Assembly (NCBI GenBank): GCA_050952625.1
Contig: JBMNLH010000001.1
Location: 384,001-448,000, forward strand
Reading direction: 5' to 3'
Origin: Bacillota bacterium
Lineage (GTDB): Bacteria; Bacillota; Ch66; Ch109
DNA length: 64,000 bases
This document shows positions 21,531-31,559 of this stretch, in pieces. Every line of letters begins with the position of its first letter. Position 1 is the first letter of the stretch. The notes beneath the pieces are model-generated. The model saw only the letters and a program-made list of their open reading frames with translations, ran no database searches and had not been told where the DNA came from. The position numbers were made by a program, and so were the translations under genes.

Positions 21531-22634
21531 ATGTCAGTTAAAGCTAGAGAAGTGACGAGACTGATTGAACGGCTGGCCCCACTCGAGCTGGCCGAGGACT
21601 GGGATAACGTGGGGTGGCAGGTTGGTGATCCGGACGCTCTGATCCAGTCAGTCCTGGTAACCCTTGACTTTACTCCGGCAGTCCTCGAGGAAGCGCGGCG
21701 TGAGAAAGCGGATTTGATCATTACGCACCATCCTTTTCTTTTTAAGCCCTTGCGCCAAGTAAGATATGACCAGCTTTCTGGACAACTGCTCCGGGAACTT
21801 GTTCAGAATCGCATTATGCTTTATTCTGCCCATACTAATCTGGATAACGCCCCGGAGGGGGTTAGCCAAGTGCTTGGTGAAAGGTTGGGGTTGAGTAATA
21901 TGCATGTCTTTGGGTCAAACCGGCAAGAGAAGCTCTATAAACTCGTGGTTTTTGTGCCGGAAGGCCATGAAGATGAAGTGCGGCAAGCGGTCAGTGAGGC
22001 AGGGGCCGGCTGGATTGGCAACTACTCGCACTGTACCTTTCAGATTCCTGGGACCGGGACGTTTTTACCACGGGAGGGGACCTCGCCGTTTATTGGCCAG
22101 CAAGGAAAACTAGAAAAAGTGGCAGAATACCGTCTGGAAACGATCGTCCCGGAACGAATACTTAATTCGGTTGTTCAGGCGATGATTGAGGCCCATCCTT
22201 ATGAAGAGGTGGCTTATGACGTATATCCTCTGCACCTGTCCGGCCAGTCGTTAGGTCCGGGCAGGTTAGGAATTTTGCAAGAGCCTATGAAGTTAGGTGA
22301 GCTAATCGAACAGGTTAAACAGGTTTTACGGATAGCCGCGGTTAGGGTTATTGGTGATCCCAGCCGATTGGTCCAAAAGGTCGCGGTCTGTGGAGGTAGT
22401 GGGGCATTTCTGATTCCCGCAGCCGCTTCCAGTGGGGCTGAGGTGCTGATCACTGGGGATGTAAAGTATCATGAAGCCCAGGAAGCGGCCAATCGGGGTC
22501 TAGCAATAATCGATGCGGGACATCAGGCCACGGAATTACCAGCGGTTGAATTTTTATCGGATTACTTGCAAAAGAGACTGCCATCTGTCAAGTTTATTGT
22601 AGCCGAACCGTTTCGCGTTGAAAGTTGGCTCTAA
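21531..22634 (+). CDS. Nif3-like dinuclear metal centre protein (YqfO)
   Basis: WDNVG, ITHHP, HTNLD, HPYEEVAYD and DAGH motifs. Confidence 0.95.
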   Translation: MSVKAREVTRLIERLAPLELAEDWDNVGWQVGDPDALIQSVLVTLDFTPAVLEEARREKADLIITHHPFLFKPLRQVRYDQLSGQLLRELVQNRIMLYSAHTNLDNAPEGVSQVLGERLGLSNMHVFGSNRQEKLYKLVVFVPEGHEDEVRQAVSEAGAGWIGNYSHCTFQIPGTGTFLPREGTSPFIGQQGKLEKVAEYRLETIVPERILNSVVQAMIEAHPYEEVAYDVYPLHLSGQSLGPGRLGILQEPMKLGELIEQVKQVLRIAAVRVIGDPSRLVQKVAVCGGSGAFLIPAAASSGAEVLITGDVKYHEAQEAANRGLAIIDAGHQATELPAVEFLSDYLQKRLPSVKFIVAEPFRVESWL

Positions 22635-22665
22635 GGATCAACTATAATACGGATATTTAGTAGTG

Positions 22666-22716
22666 ATAAATAAATGAGAACCCCGGGTAATTAAGCTGGG
22701 GTTCTCATTTATTTAT
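22666..22716. terminator. Bidirectional terminator hairpin
   Basis: ATAAATAAATGAGAACCCC...GGGGTTCTCATTTATTTAT between convergent genes. Confidence 0.8.
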
Positions 22717-22792
22717 AGTTTACTTAAAAAAACCTGGTTGAATAATTTTGATAAGGAGTTTCGCAATCTATTGAGGTATAACCAGAAAGTTT

Positions 22793-23449
22793 TTAAACCC
22801 AGGGTCCAAAAGGTTTTCCGAGAGGAACGATTTGTTTTTTGTAATGAGTATTCAATACATTACCCGCTACTCCAATAAAGGAGAAAATAGAAATCAAAAG
22901 TTCAGACCAGGCAGCTAGGTTGTGCCAGAAACCATGAGGCTGATTTGTGAGAACACTCATTGAGAGTCCCAAAAATAGTAAGTCAATAAGGAAGAAAATA
23001 GTAAAAAGAACTTTGGTGGTGCCCATAGCACCTATTGTCATAATGATGGTAAAGATAAGATAACCAAGAAAAGCGTAACCGAGTTGCGCTCCGGAGTTTG
23101 ACAAGCCCTGAACTGCTGTTGCTCCAAACATACCATGCTTTATCATCCAGGTCATTGCTACACCAAACCAGAAAACACCGTATGCGCAAAAAGCGGTAGC
23201 CCCGAAGGTATTGTTGTGTTTAAAATCCATAATTCCTGCAACAAATTGGGCCAAGGCTCCTAAAAAAATCGCCCACGGGATAACGCCTACCTCGGCTGGA
23301 CCTGTCCAACCCAGTTTTTGTGATGAAGCTACTAAAGTAACCATGGCTAGACCAAACAGTCCAAGCGCGGATGGATTAGCGACTAGTTCCTGAACATGTC
23401 CAGAAACCTCTACCTTTCTGAGATCAGCTTCTTTTACTTCTTTTGCCAT
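22793..23449 (-). CDS. satP: Acetate uptake transporter (GPR1/FUN34/YaaH family)
   Basis: ANPSALGLFG and NTFGATAFCAYGVFW motifs. Confidence 0.88.
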   Translation of the reverse strand: MAKEVKEADLRKVEVSGHVQELVANPSALGLFGLAMVTLVASSQKLGWTGPAEVGVIPWAIFLGALAQFVAGIMDFKHNNTFGATAFCAYGVFWFGVAMTWMIKHGMFGATAVQGLSNSGAQLGYAFLGYLIFTIIMTIGAMGTTKVLFTIFFLIDLLFLGLSMSVLTNQPHGFWHNLAAWSELLISIFSFIGVAGNVLNTHYKKQIVPLGKPFGPWV

Positions 23450-23979
23450 AATAACCTCCCCATTACTCTCCCCAAAATAAGTAAATCCGGACATTCAACC
23501 AGGTTTTTTATGCTTTATTAGTTTAATTATGCCTAATGCTGTTTTTTCATCTATGCCCTCCTTCAGTAAAACCTTATTGTATACTTAGTCGCAATTTTAC
23601 ACTAAGACACAATTTTGTACCAAGAATAGCATGTTTTAAGCTGATCGTCAACTACAGAAGAAGGCGGTGAAATGAGGGGTAAAACGGCTTTAGGCCGTTA
23701 ACTAGCTTAGCTCAAACCCAAATCTCGGACTATTCTTACAGGCATAGTTTTCGAATCAATGCGACATTTCTAAAATTTTTGGCATTTTCTAAAAAGCAAT
23801 TTATTCATGAAGAATTAAAACGTGACTGAATAATAGGCATAGAATAACCCGGGAAAAAATCGAAAAACCCGGTTTTTTTGTAATATCAGTAGTATATTAC
23901 TGGAATAATAACCATGAACGAAAGCAATCCATTGGGTTTGCTTTTAGAAATATATCCATATTTTTAAGGAGGTAAGCAG

Positions 23980-24708
23980 ATGTATCAAATGCAACTACAT
24001 CAACAAATTCAAGCATCCCGTCAAAGCCTGGAACAGATCAATCAAATGGTCAGCCAAATGGAACAGTCAGAGCGGAACAACCAGATTCAACTTCAGCAAT
24101 TAGCGCAATCCGAAAACAATACGGCTCAGCAGTTGCAGCGGTTGGGGGCTGCGGAGCAAAACGCGGTCCAGCAACTCGGGCAGCTTCGGCAGATGTGTAA
24201 TTCAATCAGCCAACAGTTAAACCAACTTAGTAATATGACTTCTTCGGCAACCACTCCGTATTTTTCTGGACAGTCTTATATCAGTCCCGCTTTTCAAACA
24301 GGGATGACCGGGCAAACCATTCCGAGCTATCAGACCGGAAGCCAAATTGGTACTGGCACAACCAGTTATCCCTTTAATCAAATAGTTGGAGTATCCCCGG
24401 GTTTTAGTTCACAATCGGGATTTGGCGGCCAGCTTTATTCTCAAGCAATGCCGCAATATCAAACCCCGGGAATCGGCAGTGGAGCTGATAGCTTCAGCAG
24501 TGTTAACAGACCAATTTCCAGCTCCAGTTTCAGTCCGCAAATGGCCTCCAGTTTTAGTAACCAGTCTTTTACCCCAGCAATGGGGCAGCCCATGTCTCCG
24601 AGCATTGGGGCTATTAGCCCGACAATGACATCTAGCCTAAATCAGTCACCTAGCTCGTCCATCGGCCAAAGCCAATATCAGACTTCTGGAATCGGCTATG
24701 GATTCTAG
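23980..24708 (+). CDS. Gln/Ser-rich low-complexity protein (possibly spore-associated)
   Basis: AAGGAGG RBS; Q-rich coiled-coil N-terminus and S/Q/G/P-rich tail; downstream hairpin. Confidence 0.75.
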   Translation: MYQMQLHQQIQASRQSLEQINQMVSQMEQSERNNQIQLQQLAQSENNTAQQLQRLGAAEQNAVQQLGQLRQMCNSISQQLNQLSNMTSSATTPYFSGQSYISPAFQTGMTGQTIPSYQTGSQIGTGTTSYPFNQIVGVSPGFSSQSGFGGQLYSQAMPQYQTPGIGSGADSFSSVNRPISSSSFSPQMASSFSNQSFTPAMGQPMSPSIGAISPTMTSSLNQSPSSSIGQSQYQTSGIGYGF

Positions 24709-24930
24709 CCTTTTAGAAGACTAACTTTGAGATAAAGGGGGCTCTCCCTTAAGGGCCCTCTTGCTTTTCTTTAGTATTAGAGCAAATTATAACACTAGGG
24801 AAACACTTGGAATATAGAAATTGTTTGCTCAAAAATAAAGGAATTAAGTTTAAAGTTGCCGAATAATAAACCTGAGCATGGATTATTATGGAGAGGGGGG
24901 GAATCTGGCGGTGACCGCCAGAAAAAAACT

Positions 24931-25218
24931 ATGAGTAATAGTAATCATAATGAACGGGACAAAAAAAATAATAGTAATTCTGGGGAGCCCAGTAAAGGTG
25001 TTCTGCGCTTGACTGACCCAGATATCGCCCCGTCGGTTCGGGGACTGATCGTGATCCTTATTCTGTTTAAGTTGATCACTGTCAATGCGCTTAAAGGCAG
25101 GGAATCGTTATTCTTGGCTGGGCTGGATGGCGTAGCCACTTTTGGATTTATTGTCTCTTTGCTCTTGTTAGGGATGCTGCTGTGGCGAAAGTATGGTCAA
25201 CGCTGGATGCGGCCTTAA
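24931..25218 (+). CDS. Small 2-TM membrane protein
   Basis: Two hydrophobic segments; start codon uncertain. Confidence 0.6.
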   Translation: MSNSNHNERDKKNNSNSGEPSKGVLRLTDPDIAPSVRGLIVILILFKLITVNALKGRESLFLAGLDGVATFGFIVSLLLLGMLLWRKYGQRWMRP

Positions 25219-25270
25219 GCAGTTTTAACGGACATGGGTGGCTGATAAGCATTAATAGGTTTGATTAGCC

Positions 25271-26113
25271 TTAGTCTAAATTGACTGCTAGGTCCTGGCA
25301 ACAGCCTAAGTGTCCGATATATAGTTTTTCTTCTTGATACCCTAGGAAAGATTCCTCGCTTGGATGTATCGGATTTCCGCAGATAAAGCAAGTTGAATTG
25401 TCGTCCTTACAAGGCCGGATAACGCCGGTTATTTGATCCTGAACGGTGATCGTAAGGGTCTTTAGTTTATTTTTTCCGGGTTTAACGGGTGAGCAATCAG
25501 GATGAAAGTACCAGCGTTGTCGACTGCCATGATGCTTAAACTGGTATTCTACTAGCGGTATATAGGGCTGAATCGGCTTTTTACATTGATTACAGATTCG
25601 TTTGCGGTGATTATTTGCTTTTAATGTATAATGTTGTTCGATCGGTTTGCTTCTTTTTTGCCGGTCTTTTAGGTGCTTTTGCCGTGCCATATCCTGAGCA
25701 ATCCATTTTTCCACAAATGAATAATAAAGGCGGTAATTTCCCTGTGAAGGGTGAACGAAGGAGGGGAATCCTGCGTCTAGCATCTGCTGGTAGAAGGTTT
25801 GTTCCGCAACTTCGTGGGCTAATCCATCCATTTTATGATAATTCCATTGGTAACCCTCTTCGGTTAACCATTGGTGGAAGTCATTGAAGATATTACCTGA
25901 ACAAACTAATAATTGATCATTTTTAGAGACACCGGCTTCTTCCATCATCTTAATAACCAAACGGTTAGCCATCTGTTCCAGAGTTAAGTCATCTTCCCAG
26001 GTTAAGGGAACTCTTGCTATATATACTTCCTGCGGGTTCTCGCAAACCAGCACCAATACCTCGGAAAAAGCAAGGCATCCTCCGCCAGCATCTTCAACGT
26101 ACCAGGTTTTCAT
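25271..26113 (-). CDS. Hypothetical protein: possible RNase H-like N-domain plus two CxxC...HxxC zinc-binding motifs
   Basis: VEDAGGG near the N-terminus; CNQC...HPDC and CFIC...HLGC; AAAGGAGG RBS. Confidence 0.65.
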   Translation of the reverse strand: MKTWYVEDAGGGCLAFSEVLVLVCENPQEVYIARVPLTWEDDLTLEQMANRLVIKMMEEAGVSKNDQLLVCSGNIFNDFHQWLTEEGYQWNYHKMDGLAHEVAEQTFYQQMLDAGFPSFVHPSQGNYRLYYSFVEKWIAQDMARQKHLKDRQKRSKPIEQHYTLKANNHRKRICNQCKKPIQPYIPLVEYQFKHHGSRQRWYFHPDCSPVKPGKNKLKTLTITVQDQITGVIRPCKDDNSTCFICGNPIHPSEESFLGYQEEKLYIGHLGCCQDLAVNLD

Positions 26114-26482
26114 TGGCGGCCTCCTTTCTTTGAACATATTTCGGCATAAAGGTGCGGAAATCCTGCAACCAAATTTGACTTAAGGGGTTTCTAAATAATC
26201 TCACGGCTAACAAAATTCTAAGCGGCGACCATTTTTTGAGGTGCCGCAACTAGTTCACGGAATAAAAAAACTGTGTTATTCTGAAAAGAACATTGAACTA
26301 TTATCTAATAACCTTACGTTTCACCTTAGTTTTCAGAGTAACCTGCCGCAGCACCATCAGAACATGAAAAAGCATAACCGTAGTAATACACAAGAATGAT
26401 TGTAGTTACGAAGCAGAGGCCAAAGAGACCCGGAACCTGTTTGTATAAACTGGTAGTAGTGTTTGAAAATGAGGCGGTAGTG

Positions 26483-27463
26483 ATGCGTTTTCTATATTTC
26501 ACAGATTCCCATTGCCGGGGAACCTCGCCAACAAACCGCAAAGATAATTACGTAAGCTCTCTGATGTTAAAGCTGAAAGAGGTAGCTTTCCTGGCTCAAG
26601 AATGGGAGGTAACCGCTATTTTGCACGGGGGGGACCTCTGGGATCTGCCAAACCCCTCCTTGTCTGTCGCTGATTCTTATCTCTCACAATTAGAGGCTGC
26701 CGGGGTTCCAATTTATGTTATTGCCGGCAACCACGATCTGCATAGGCAAGATCTGAGTAGTATCCCTTATACTATGCTGGGCTTGCAGGCCGCACAGGGT
26801 AGGCTGCGGATTATTAACTCACGAGACCGCTTGTATTTTCAAAATAGTAACGTTCGGGTGCAAATAACCGGTCAGCCTTATCATTTGGAAATTGATCGGC
26901 GTGATCCGGGGCTTGATTACTGCGTAACCAAGCAGGACTGTGATTATGCCATTCATCTGGTTCACGGCAACCTGATGGCCGGCTGTGACTTCCCTGGGTC
27001 CATCCATACCCATTTTTCCCAGGTATATAAGACGGAGGCTGATTTAACCCTGGTTGGTCATATGCACTTTGGCTTCCCGGACTACTTCTATGAGGGAAAG
27101 TGGTTCATTAATATCGGTGCCTTGGCCCGTTTAACCAACCACCTGGAAGAATTCAAGCGAACCCTGCAGGTTTTGCTCATTGATTTATCCTTGGGTCACA
27201 CTGAATTGCGGAAGTTGCCGCTAAAGTCAGTATTGCCGGCGAATCGGGTTTTAGATCGAAACAAAGCCGAGTACACGGCCCGGCAGGTTCAGTGCTTAAT
27301 TGAGTCAGTCCTTGAGGCCAGGAATGAAGAGGAGTTTATCAACAGCGAGCTCAAGGAGGTTGTTGATTTCATCGGCATCCAGGAAGGGATGAGCCGGGAG
27401 ATTCGGCAGGAAGCCTTGCGCAGTGTTCATGCGAAATTAGGAACCGGTCAACGCGACTCCTAG
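26483..27463 (+). CDS. SbcD/Mre11-like metallophosphoesterase
   Basis: DSH, GD, GNHD, HG and GHMH motifs; no sbcC adjacent. Confidence 0.85.
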   Translation: MRFLYFTDSHCRGTSPTNRKDNYVSSLMLKLKEVAFLAQEWEVTAILHGGDLWDLPNPSLSVADSYLSQLEAAGVPIYVIAGNHDLHRQDLSSIPYTMLGLQAAQGRLRIINSRDRLYFQNSNVRVQITGQPYHLEIDRRDPGLDYCVTKQDCDYAIHLVHGNLMAGCDFPGSIHTHFSQVYKTEADLTLVGHMHFGFPDYFYEGKWFINIGALARLTNHLEEFKRTLQVLLIDLSLGHTELRKLPLKSVLPANRVLDRNKAEYTARQVQCLIESVLEARNEEEFINSELKEVVDFIGIQEGMSREIRQEALRSVHAKLGTGQRDS

Positions 27464-27596
27464 CATACTCTCAAATTAATAACCCGAATATTTTCAGCCT
27501 AATAACCCTTGCTGCTATGGCATTGGGTTAATGATAACTATATATTTTGATACTCTGATTATGCCAGTTAAACTAAATGAATGGAGATGCAATTGA

Positions 27597-28934
27597 ATGA
27601 AACCACAAATTATCACCGAATTACCTGGCCCTAAATCTAAAGAACTATTGGAATTAAAAGAGCGTTATGTAGCCCGGGGGTACGGAAACGCCAGTTCAAT
27701 GATTGCGGATCAGGCCGCGGGAGCCTTGGTACAGGACCTGGATGGCAACGTTTTTATCGATTTTGCTGGGGGTATTGGCATTCAGAATAGCGGGCACTGC
27801 CCGCCCGAAGTAGTTCAAGCCCTGAAGGAGCAAATAGATCGCTATATCCATACCGGGCACATTTTTCTGATGGAGTCCTACATTAAACTGGCCGCCTGTC
27901 TGGCCGAGATTACGCCAGGGGCGTTTCCCAAAAAGGTTCTCTTGGTCAACAGTGGGGCGGAGGCAGTCGAAAATGCGGTTAAAATCGCGCGTAAATATAC
28001 CGGTCGAACCGGTATTGTTGCCCTGGAATGTGCTTTTCATGGGCGAACTTATATGGCGATGACCTTAACCAGTAAAGTTAAACCTTATAAGGCCTCATTC
28101 AATCCATTATGCCCGGATGTATACCGGACCTATTCCGCCTATTGTTACCGTTGTCCCTTTAACTCGACTTATCCGGGCTGTGGTATGCACTGTCTGGAGC
28201 ATTTAAAACGTCTTTTTGTGGCTGAATTTGCCCCGGAGAATATCGCGGCGATTATTGCCGAACCGGTGCAAGGAGAGGGCGGTTTTATCGTCCCGCCACG
28301 AGAATTTTTGACCGGTCTTAAAGAAATCTGTGACCAGCACGGGATTTTGTTTATTGCCGATGAGATTCAGACCGGGTTTGCACGCACCGGTAAGATGTTT
28401 GCTAGTGAGCACTTTGGTTTGGAACCGCACCTGATCACTGTTGCCAAATCGCTCGGTGCCGGTCTGCCGATCGGCGGGGTAGTGGGCCGGGCGGAAGTAG
28501 TTGATGCCCCGGAAAAGAGTGAAATTGGTACTACTTTTGGCGGTAGTCCGTTGGGCTGTGTGGCTGGACTGGCGGTTATCGATAAGATTCGGCAGGACGG
28601 TTTAAATGAAAAAGCCCAACGAATCGGGGGTATTATGCGGGAAAGACTCCTGCAGATGCAGGAACGCTTTGCTTTAATCGGCGATGTCCGTGGTTTGGGC
28701 GCAATGATGGCTATCGAACTGGTTAAGGACCGGCAGACTCGCGAACCAGCTTCGGAAGAAACCGGTCAAATAATTGCAGCTTGCTATCAAAAAGGACTAA
28801 CAGTGCTTAAAGCAGGGATTTACGATAATGTTATTCGAATCCTGGTTCCTTTGGTGATCAAAGATGATGAGCTCTATCGTGGGTTGGAAATCTTAGAGGA
28901 AGCGATCGCCGAGATAACCGGCCATGCTCAATAA
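27597..28934 (+). CDS. gabT: 4-aminobutyrate aminotransferase (class III PLP enzyme)
   Basis: DFAGGIG, NSGAEAVENAVK, EPVQGEGGF, DEIQTGFARTG and AKS motifs. Confidence 0.93.
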   Translation: MKPQIITELPGPKSKELLELKERYVARGYGNASSMIADQAAGALVQDLDGNVFIDFAGGIGIQNSGHCPPEVVQALKEQIDRYIHTGHIFLMESYIKLAACLAEITPGAFPKKVLLVNSGAEAVENAVKIARKYTGRTGIVALECAFHGRTYMAMTLTSKVKPYKASFNPLCPDVYRTYSAYCYRCPFNSTYPGCGMHCLEHLKRLFVAEFAPENIAAIIAEPVQGEGGFIVPPREFLTGLKEICDQHGILFIADEIQTGFARTGKMFASEHFGLEPHLITVAKSLGAGLPIGGVVGRAEVVDAPEKSEIGTTFGGSPLGCVAGLAVIDKIRQDGLNEKAQRIGGIMRERLLQMQERFALIGDVRGLGAMMAIELVKDRQTREPASEETGQIIAACYQKGLTVLKAGIYDNVIRILVPLVIKDDELYRGLEILEEAIAEITGHAQ

Positions 28935-29033
28935 CATGATTTGTATATGGTAGCAGATATTACTTGATTCGAATATTAGAAGTTTTTCAGGAACGAATGA
29001 CTATTATGCTATAATGAGGCAGGAGGTGAAAGC

Positions 29034-29195
29034 ATGGCTTGGTTTATTGCTTTATTAGGGTTGCTCGGTGTTTTTGTCTTTTTTCTAGGTGCTGCCATCA
29101 GTATGTTTAAATTAAATAAATCTTCATTTAAGAAATGTATGATCGGTTTTATGGTCAGTTTTATCGTGGCCTTTATCGCCGTGGGTCTACATTAG
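29034..29195 (+). CDS. 53-aa two-helix membrane protein (below the ORF-track cutoff)
   Basis: AGGAGGTG RBS and TGCTATAAT -10 upstream; MAWFIALLGLLGVFVFFLGAAISMFKLNKSSFKKCMIGFMVSFIVAFIAVGLH. Confidence 0.75.
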   Translation: MAWFIALLGLLGVFVFFLGAAISMFKLNKSSFKKCMIGFMVSFIVAFIAVGLH

Positions 29196-29201
29196 TTCAT
29201 A

Positions 29202-29277
29202 TTAACCACCTTGCTCCAAAGACACAACCACCTATGGAAATGGCGGACATGTGTCATCCTGAGCTTAGCGAAGGATC
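29202..29277 (+). repeat. REP-like repeat (TGTCATCCTGAGC...GAAGGATC type), copy 1
   Basis: Matches the reverse complement of 39196-39272. Confidence 0.75.
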
Positions 29278-29339
29278 AAATAACACACACAACAATAAAC
29301 GTGTTATCATAAGTAGTACCGGGGAAGGGGGCTTTTCAG

Positions 29340-30188
29340 ATGAGCAGCAAACTGGATGACTTTCTTACTCCGGCCCAGGTTTGTCAGGTCCTAAAGGTTA
29401 CGCCAAATCAAGTTCGCCAATTGATTCAGGACGGTTGGTTAGAAGTTGCCCGGACCACGAAATATAAACATGGTGCTATGGAATTGTTTTATCAGCATCA
29501 GGTTTGTGCTCTGCGTTCGGACATGCCCAAAATCCGTCGCGGCTGGGAATCGCTTGTTAATCATCGCCTAGGAGCCAGCAAAGCAGCCGCGGCGCGGGAA
29601 GCCAATCGTCATGTAGCAGTGGCCTTAAAACGGCGGAAAGAACAGTTTTTAGAATCTTTGGATGAACTATCTGAACGAACAGGGAATACCCTGCGGGTTT
29701 GTTTTTTTCTCTATCATCTTAATCATTATGCCAAGAACGGTCATACTTACCTGTACGAATTGAAAGAGCGGGTTCTACGTAAGCTTTGGACCGAATACTG
29801 TCCTCAAGAATTGTTGAACGTCACCTTTGTCCAGGGGGGACCCCGTGTCCGATTGTGCCCGGGTTGCCGATTTTTGGCTCGTCAACAAAGAAAAAGTTAT
29901 CTTGAGTACCTTAGGACCAATGGTGGATGTCCAAAGTGCACTCGGGATGAACAATATTATAGTCTGTATGAGTTTACTGTGGCTTATGGTGAATATCGTT
30001 TTTGTTTTCACATTCCTTATTCAGTTGCCAGAAAATGGTTGGTCAATCCTGCAGACATACCCATTAAGGAGTCGGCTTTGGAACGAGAAGGATTTTACGT
30101 TTATGGTCGTTCAATTTTTGAGCCTGAGGCTATGGCTTTTGAAATGTTGGAGGTAGTTCGGGAGATAGAACAGTTCTTGTTATTATAA
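29340..30188 (+). CDS. Excisionase-like HTH fused to a YkyB-like domain with a Cys4 insert
   Basis: FLTPAQVCQVLKV HTH; LNHYAK...LYELKERVL...FCFHIP; CPGC/CPKC. Confidence 0.6.
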   Translation: MSSKLDDFLTPAQVCQVLKVTPNQVRQLIQDGWLEVARTTKYKHGAMELFYQHQVCALRSDMPKIRRGWESLVNHRLGASKAAAAREANRHVAVALKRRKEQFLESLDELSERTGNTLRVCFFLYHLNHYAKNGHTYLYELKERVLRKLWTEYCPQELLNVTFVQGGPRVRLCPGCRFLARQQRKSYLEYLRTNGGCPKCTRDEQYYSLYEFTVAYGEYRFCFHIPYSVARKWLVNPADIPIKESALEREGFYVYGRSIFEPEAMAFEMLEVVREIEQFLLL

Positions 30189-30268
30189 ATTATTTTGTTT
30201 AATTGCAATATATAGTAGTTAATAACTAAATCAATAACGATATTTTTATAGTATCAGGGGACGCTACA

Positions 30269-30673
30269 TTGATGAATACGATTTATAAAAGCTTTCGATC
30301 ACAAACGGTTAGAGCGGCCAAAAAGGTTTTAATAGTAGATGATTCTAAATTTGCGCGAAATACTTTAGCCCTGATCTTGACCAATCAAGGTTATGACGTT
30401 GTGGGTGAGGCTAAGAACGGGATAGAAGCGTTGCATCTTTTTCGTTTATTGAGGCCGGACCTAGTTATGTTGGATATTAATATGCCAGAGATGGATGGGT
30501 TAGAGACACTACGGGCGATACGCCTGATTGACGATCGAGTAAAAGTAATCGTTGTTTCGTCAATGGACCAGGAGTTTTTAATTAAGGATGCTTTAATTGT
30601 CGGAGCAGTTGGCTTTGTAACTAAGCCGATTCGCCAGAATATGCTCGTAAAACTGCTGGGTAAGATAGATTAA
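30269..30673 (+). CDS. CheY-like single-domain response regulator
   Basis: VLIVDD, LDINMPEMDG and FVTKP motifs. Confidence 0.9.
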   Translation: MMNTIYKSFRSQTVRAAKKVLIVDDSKFARNTLALILTNQGYDVVGEAKNGIEALHLFRLLRPDLVMLDINMPEMDGLETLRAIRLIDDRVKVIVVSSMDQEFLIKDALIVGAVGFVTKPIRQNMLVKLLGKID

Positions 30674-30691
30674 ATCGAAATATCGGGCCGC

Positions 30692-30838
30692 CTAGCCGGT
30701 AATCTTGGGTCCAATAGTAGTTCCGTCAGCCGCTTTTTCCTCAGTTACGGCAGGAATCGCGGTTGAAGGAACTTTTTGTTTTTCACGCCGGGACCGAATC
30801 TCGGAATCGGTTTTTTTGCATTTATCCTTTCGCGGCAT
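30692..30838 (-). CDS. 48-aa basic small protein
   Basis: GGGAGGTG RBS; MPRKDKCKKTDSEIRSRREKQKVPSTAIPAVTEEKAADGTTIGPKITG. Confidence 0.6.
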   Translation of the reverse strand: MPRKDKCKKTDSEIRSRREKQKVPSTAIPAVTEEKAADGTTIGPKITG

Positions 30839-30952
30839 TTTAATACACCTCCCGTTTTTGATTGTCCATGCATATTATTATCTGTTTGATTATTAAATTT
30901 TATAAGTGGGACACGTTAAGGCACTTTGAGATAAATTGACGTAATTTGGACC

Positions 30953-30980
30953 GTTACGTTTTACCCTTTCGATCCGTCTA
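30953..30980 (+). promoter_or_regulatory. ECF-type promoter (probable autoregulation)
   Basis: GTTACG-N16-CGTCTA just upstream of the ECF sigma gene. Confidence 0.55.
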
Positions 30981-31009
30981 TATAAATGGATAGTTTGCAT
31001 GGATAGGAG

Positions 31010-31552
31010 TTGGCAACGATGCAGGCAAATAATCAACCTGGCTCAGAAAGCGGAATGCAGTTTGCTGATGTTTATGATCAGCATTTTGATGCGGTTAACC
31101 GGTATCTCCGTTACCGGGTGGAAAACCCTTGGGATGCTGATGATTTAACAGCGGCTGTATTCTTGAAGGTTCTCGAAAACTGGCACCGCTTCCGGGGGGA
31201 GGCTCCTTGGGCCGTTTGGATTTTTCGGATCGCCCATAACCTTTATATTGACTATCTCCGTGGGCGTCAAGGAAAGGTTTTTTCGCCGAAAGAGTTGCAT
31301 CATTTGGGCGGGGGAGGCTCCGGTCCAGAAGAAAAAATGCTGCAGGGTGAAGAAGCGCAGCGTTTAAGGGCCATGCTGGCCCAATTGGCCCCGGAACAAA
31401 GGGACGTGATCTCACTCCGCTACGCTGGGGAGTTAAAGTATGGTCAGATTGCCGCGGTATTAAATAAATCTGAACCAGCGGTGAGGATGATCCACCATCG
31501 AGCCCTCAAAGCCCTAAGGGCCGAATATCAAAAAGATAGTGAAGGCAGGTGA
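31010..31552 (+). CDS. ECF RNA polymerase sigma factor
   Basis: DADDLTAAVF, WIFRIAHN and IAAVLNKSEPAVRMIHHRA motifs. Confidence 0.93.
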   Translation: MATMQANNQPGSESGMQFADVYDQHFDAVNRYLRYRVENPWDADDLTAAVFLKVLENWHRFRGEAPWAVWIFRIAHNLYIDYLRGRQGKVFSPKELHHLGGGGSGPEEKMLQGEEAQRLRAMLAQLAPEQRDVISLRYAGELKYGQIAAVLNKSEPAVRMIHHRALKALRAEYQKDSEGR

Positions 31553-31559
31553 GTAAAAA

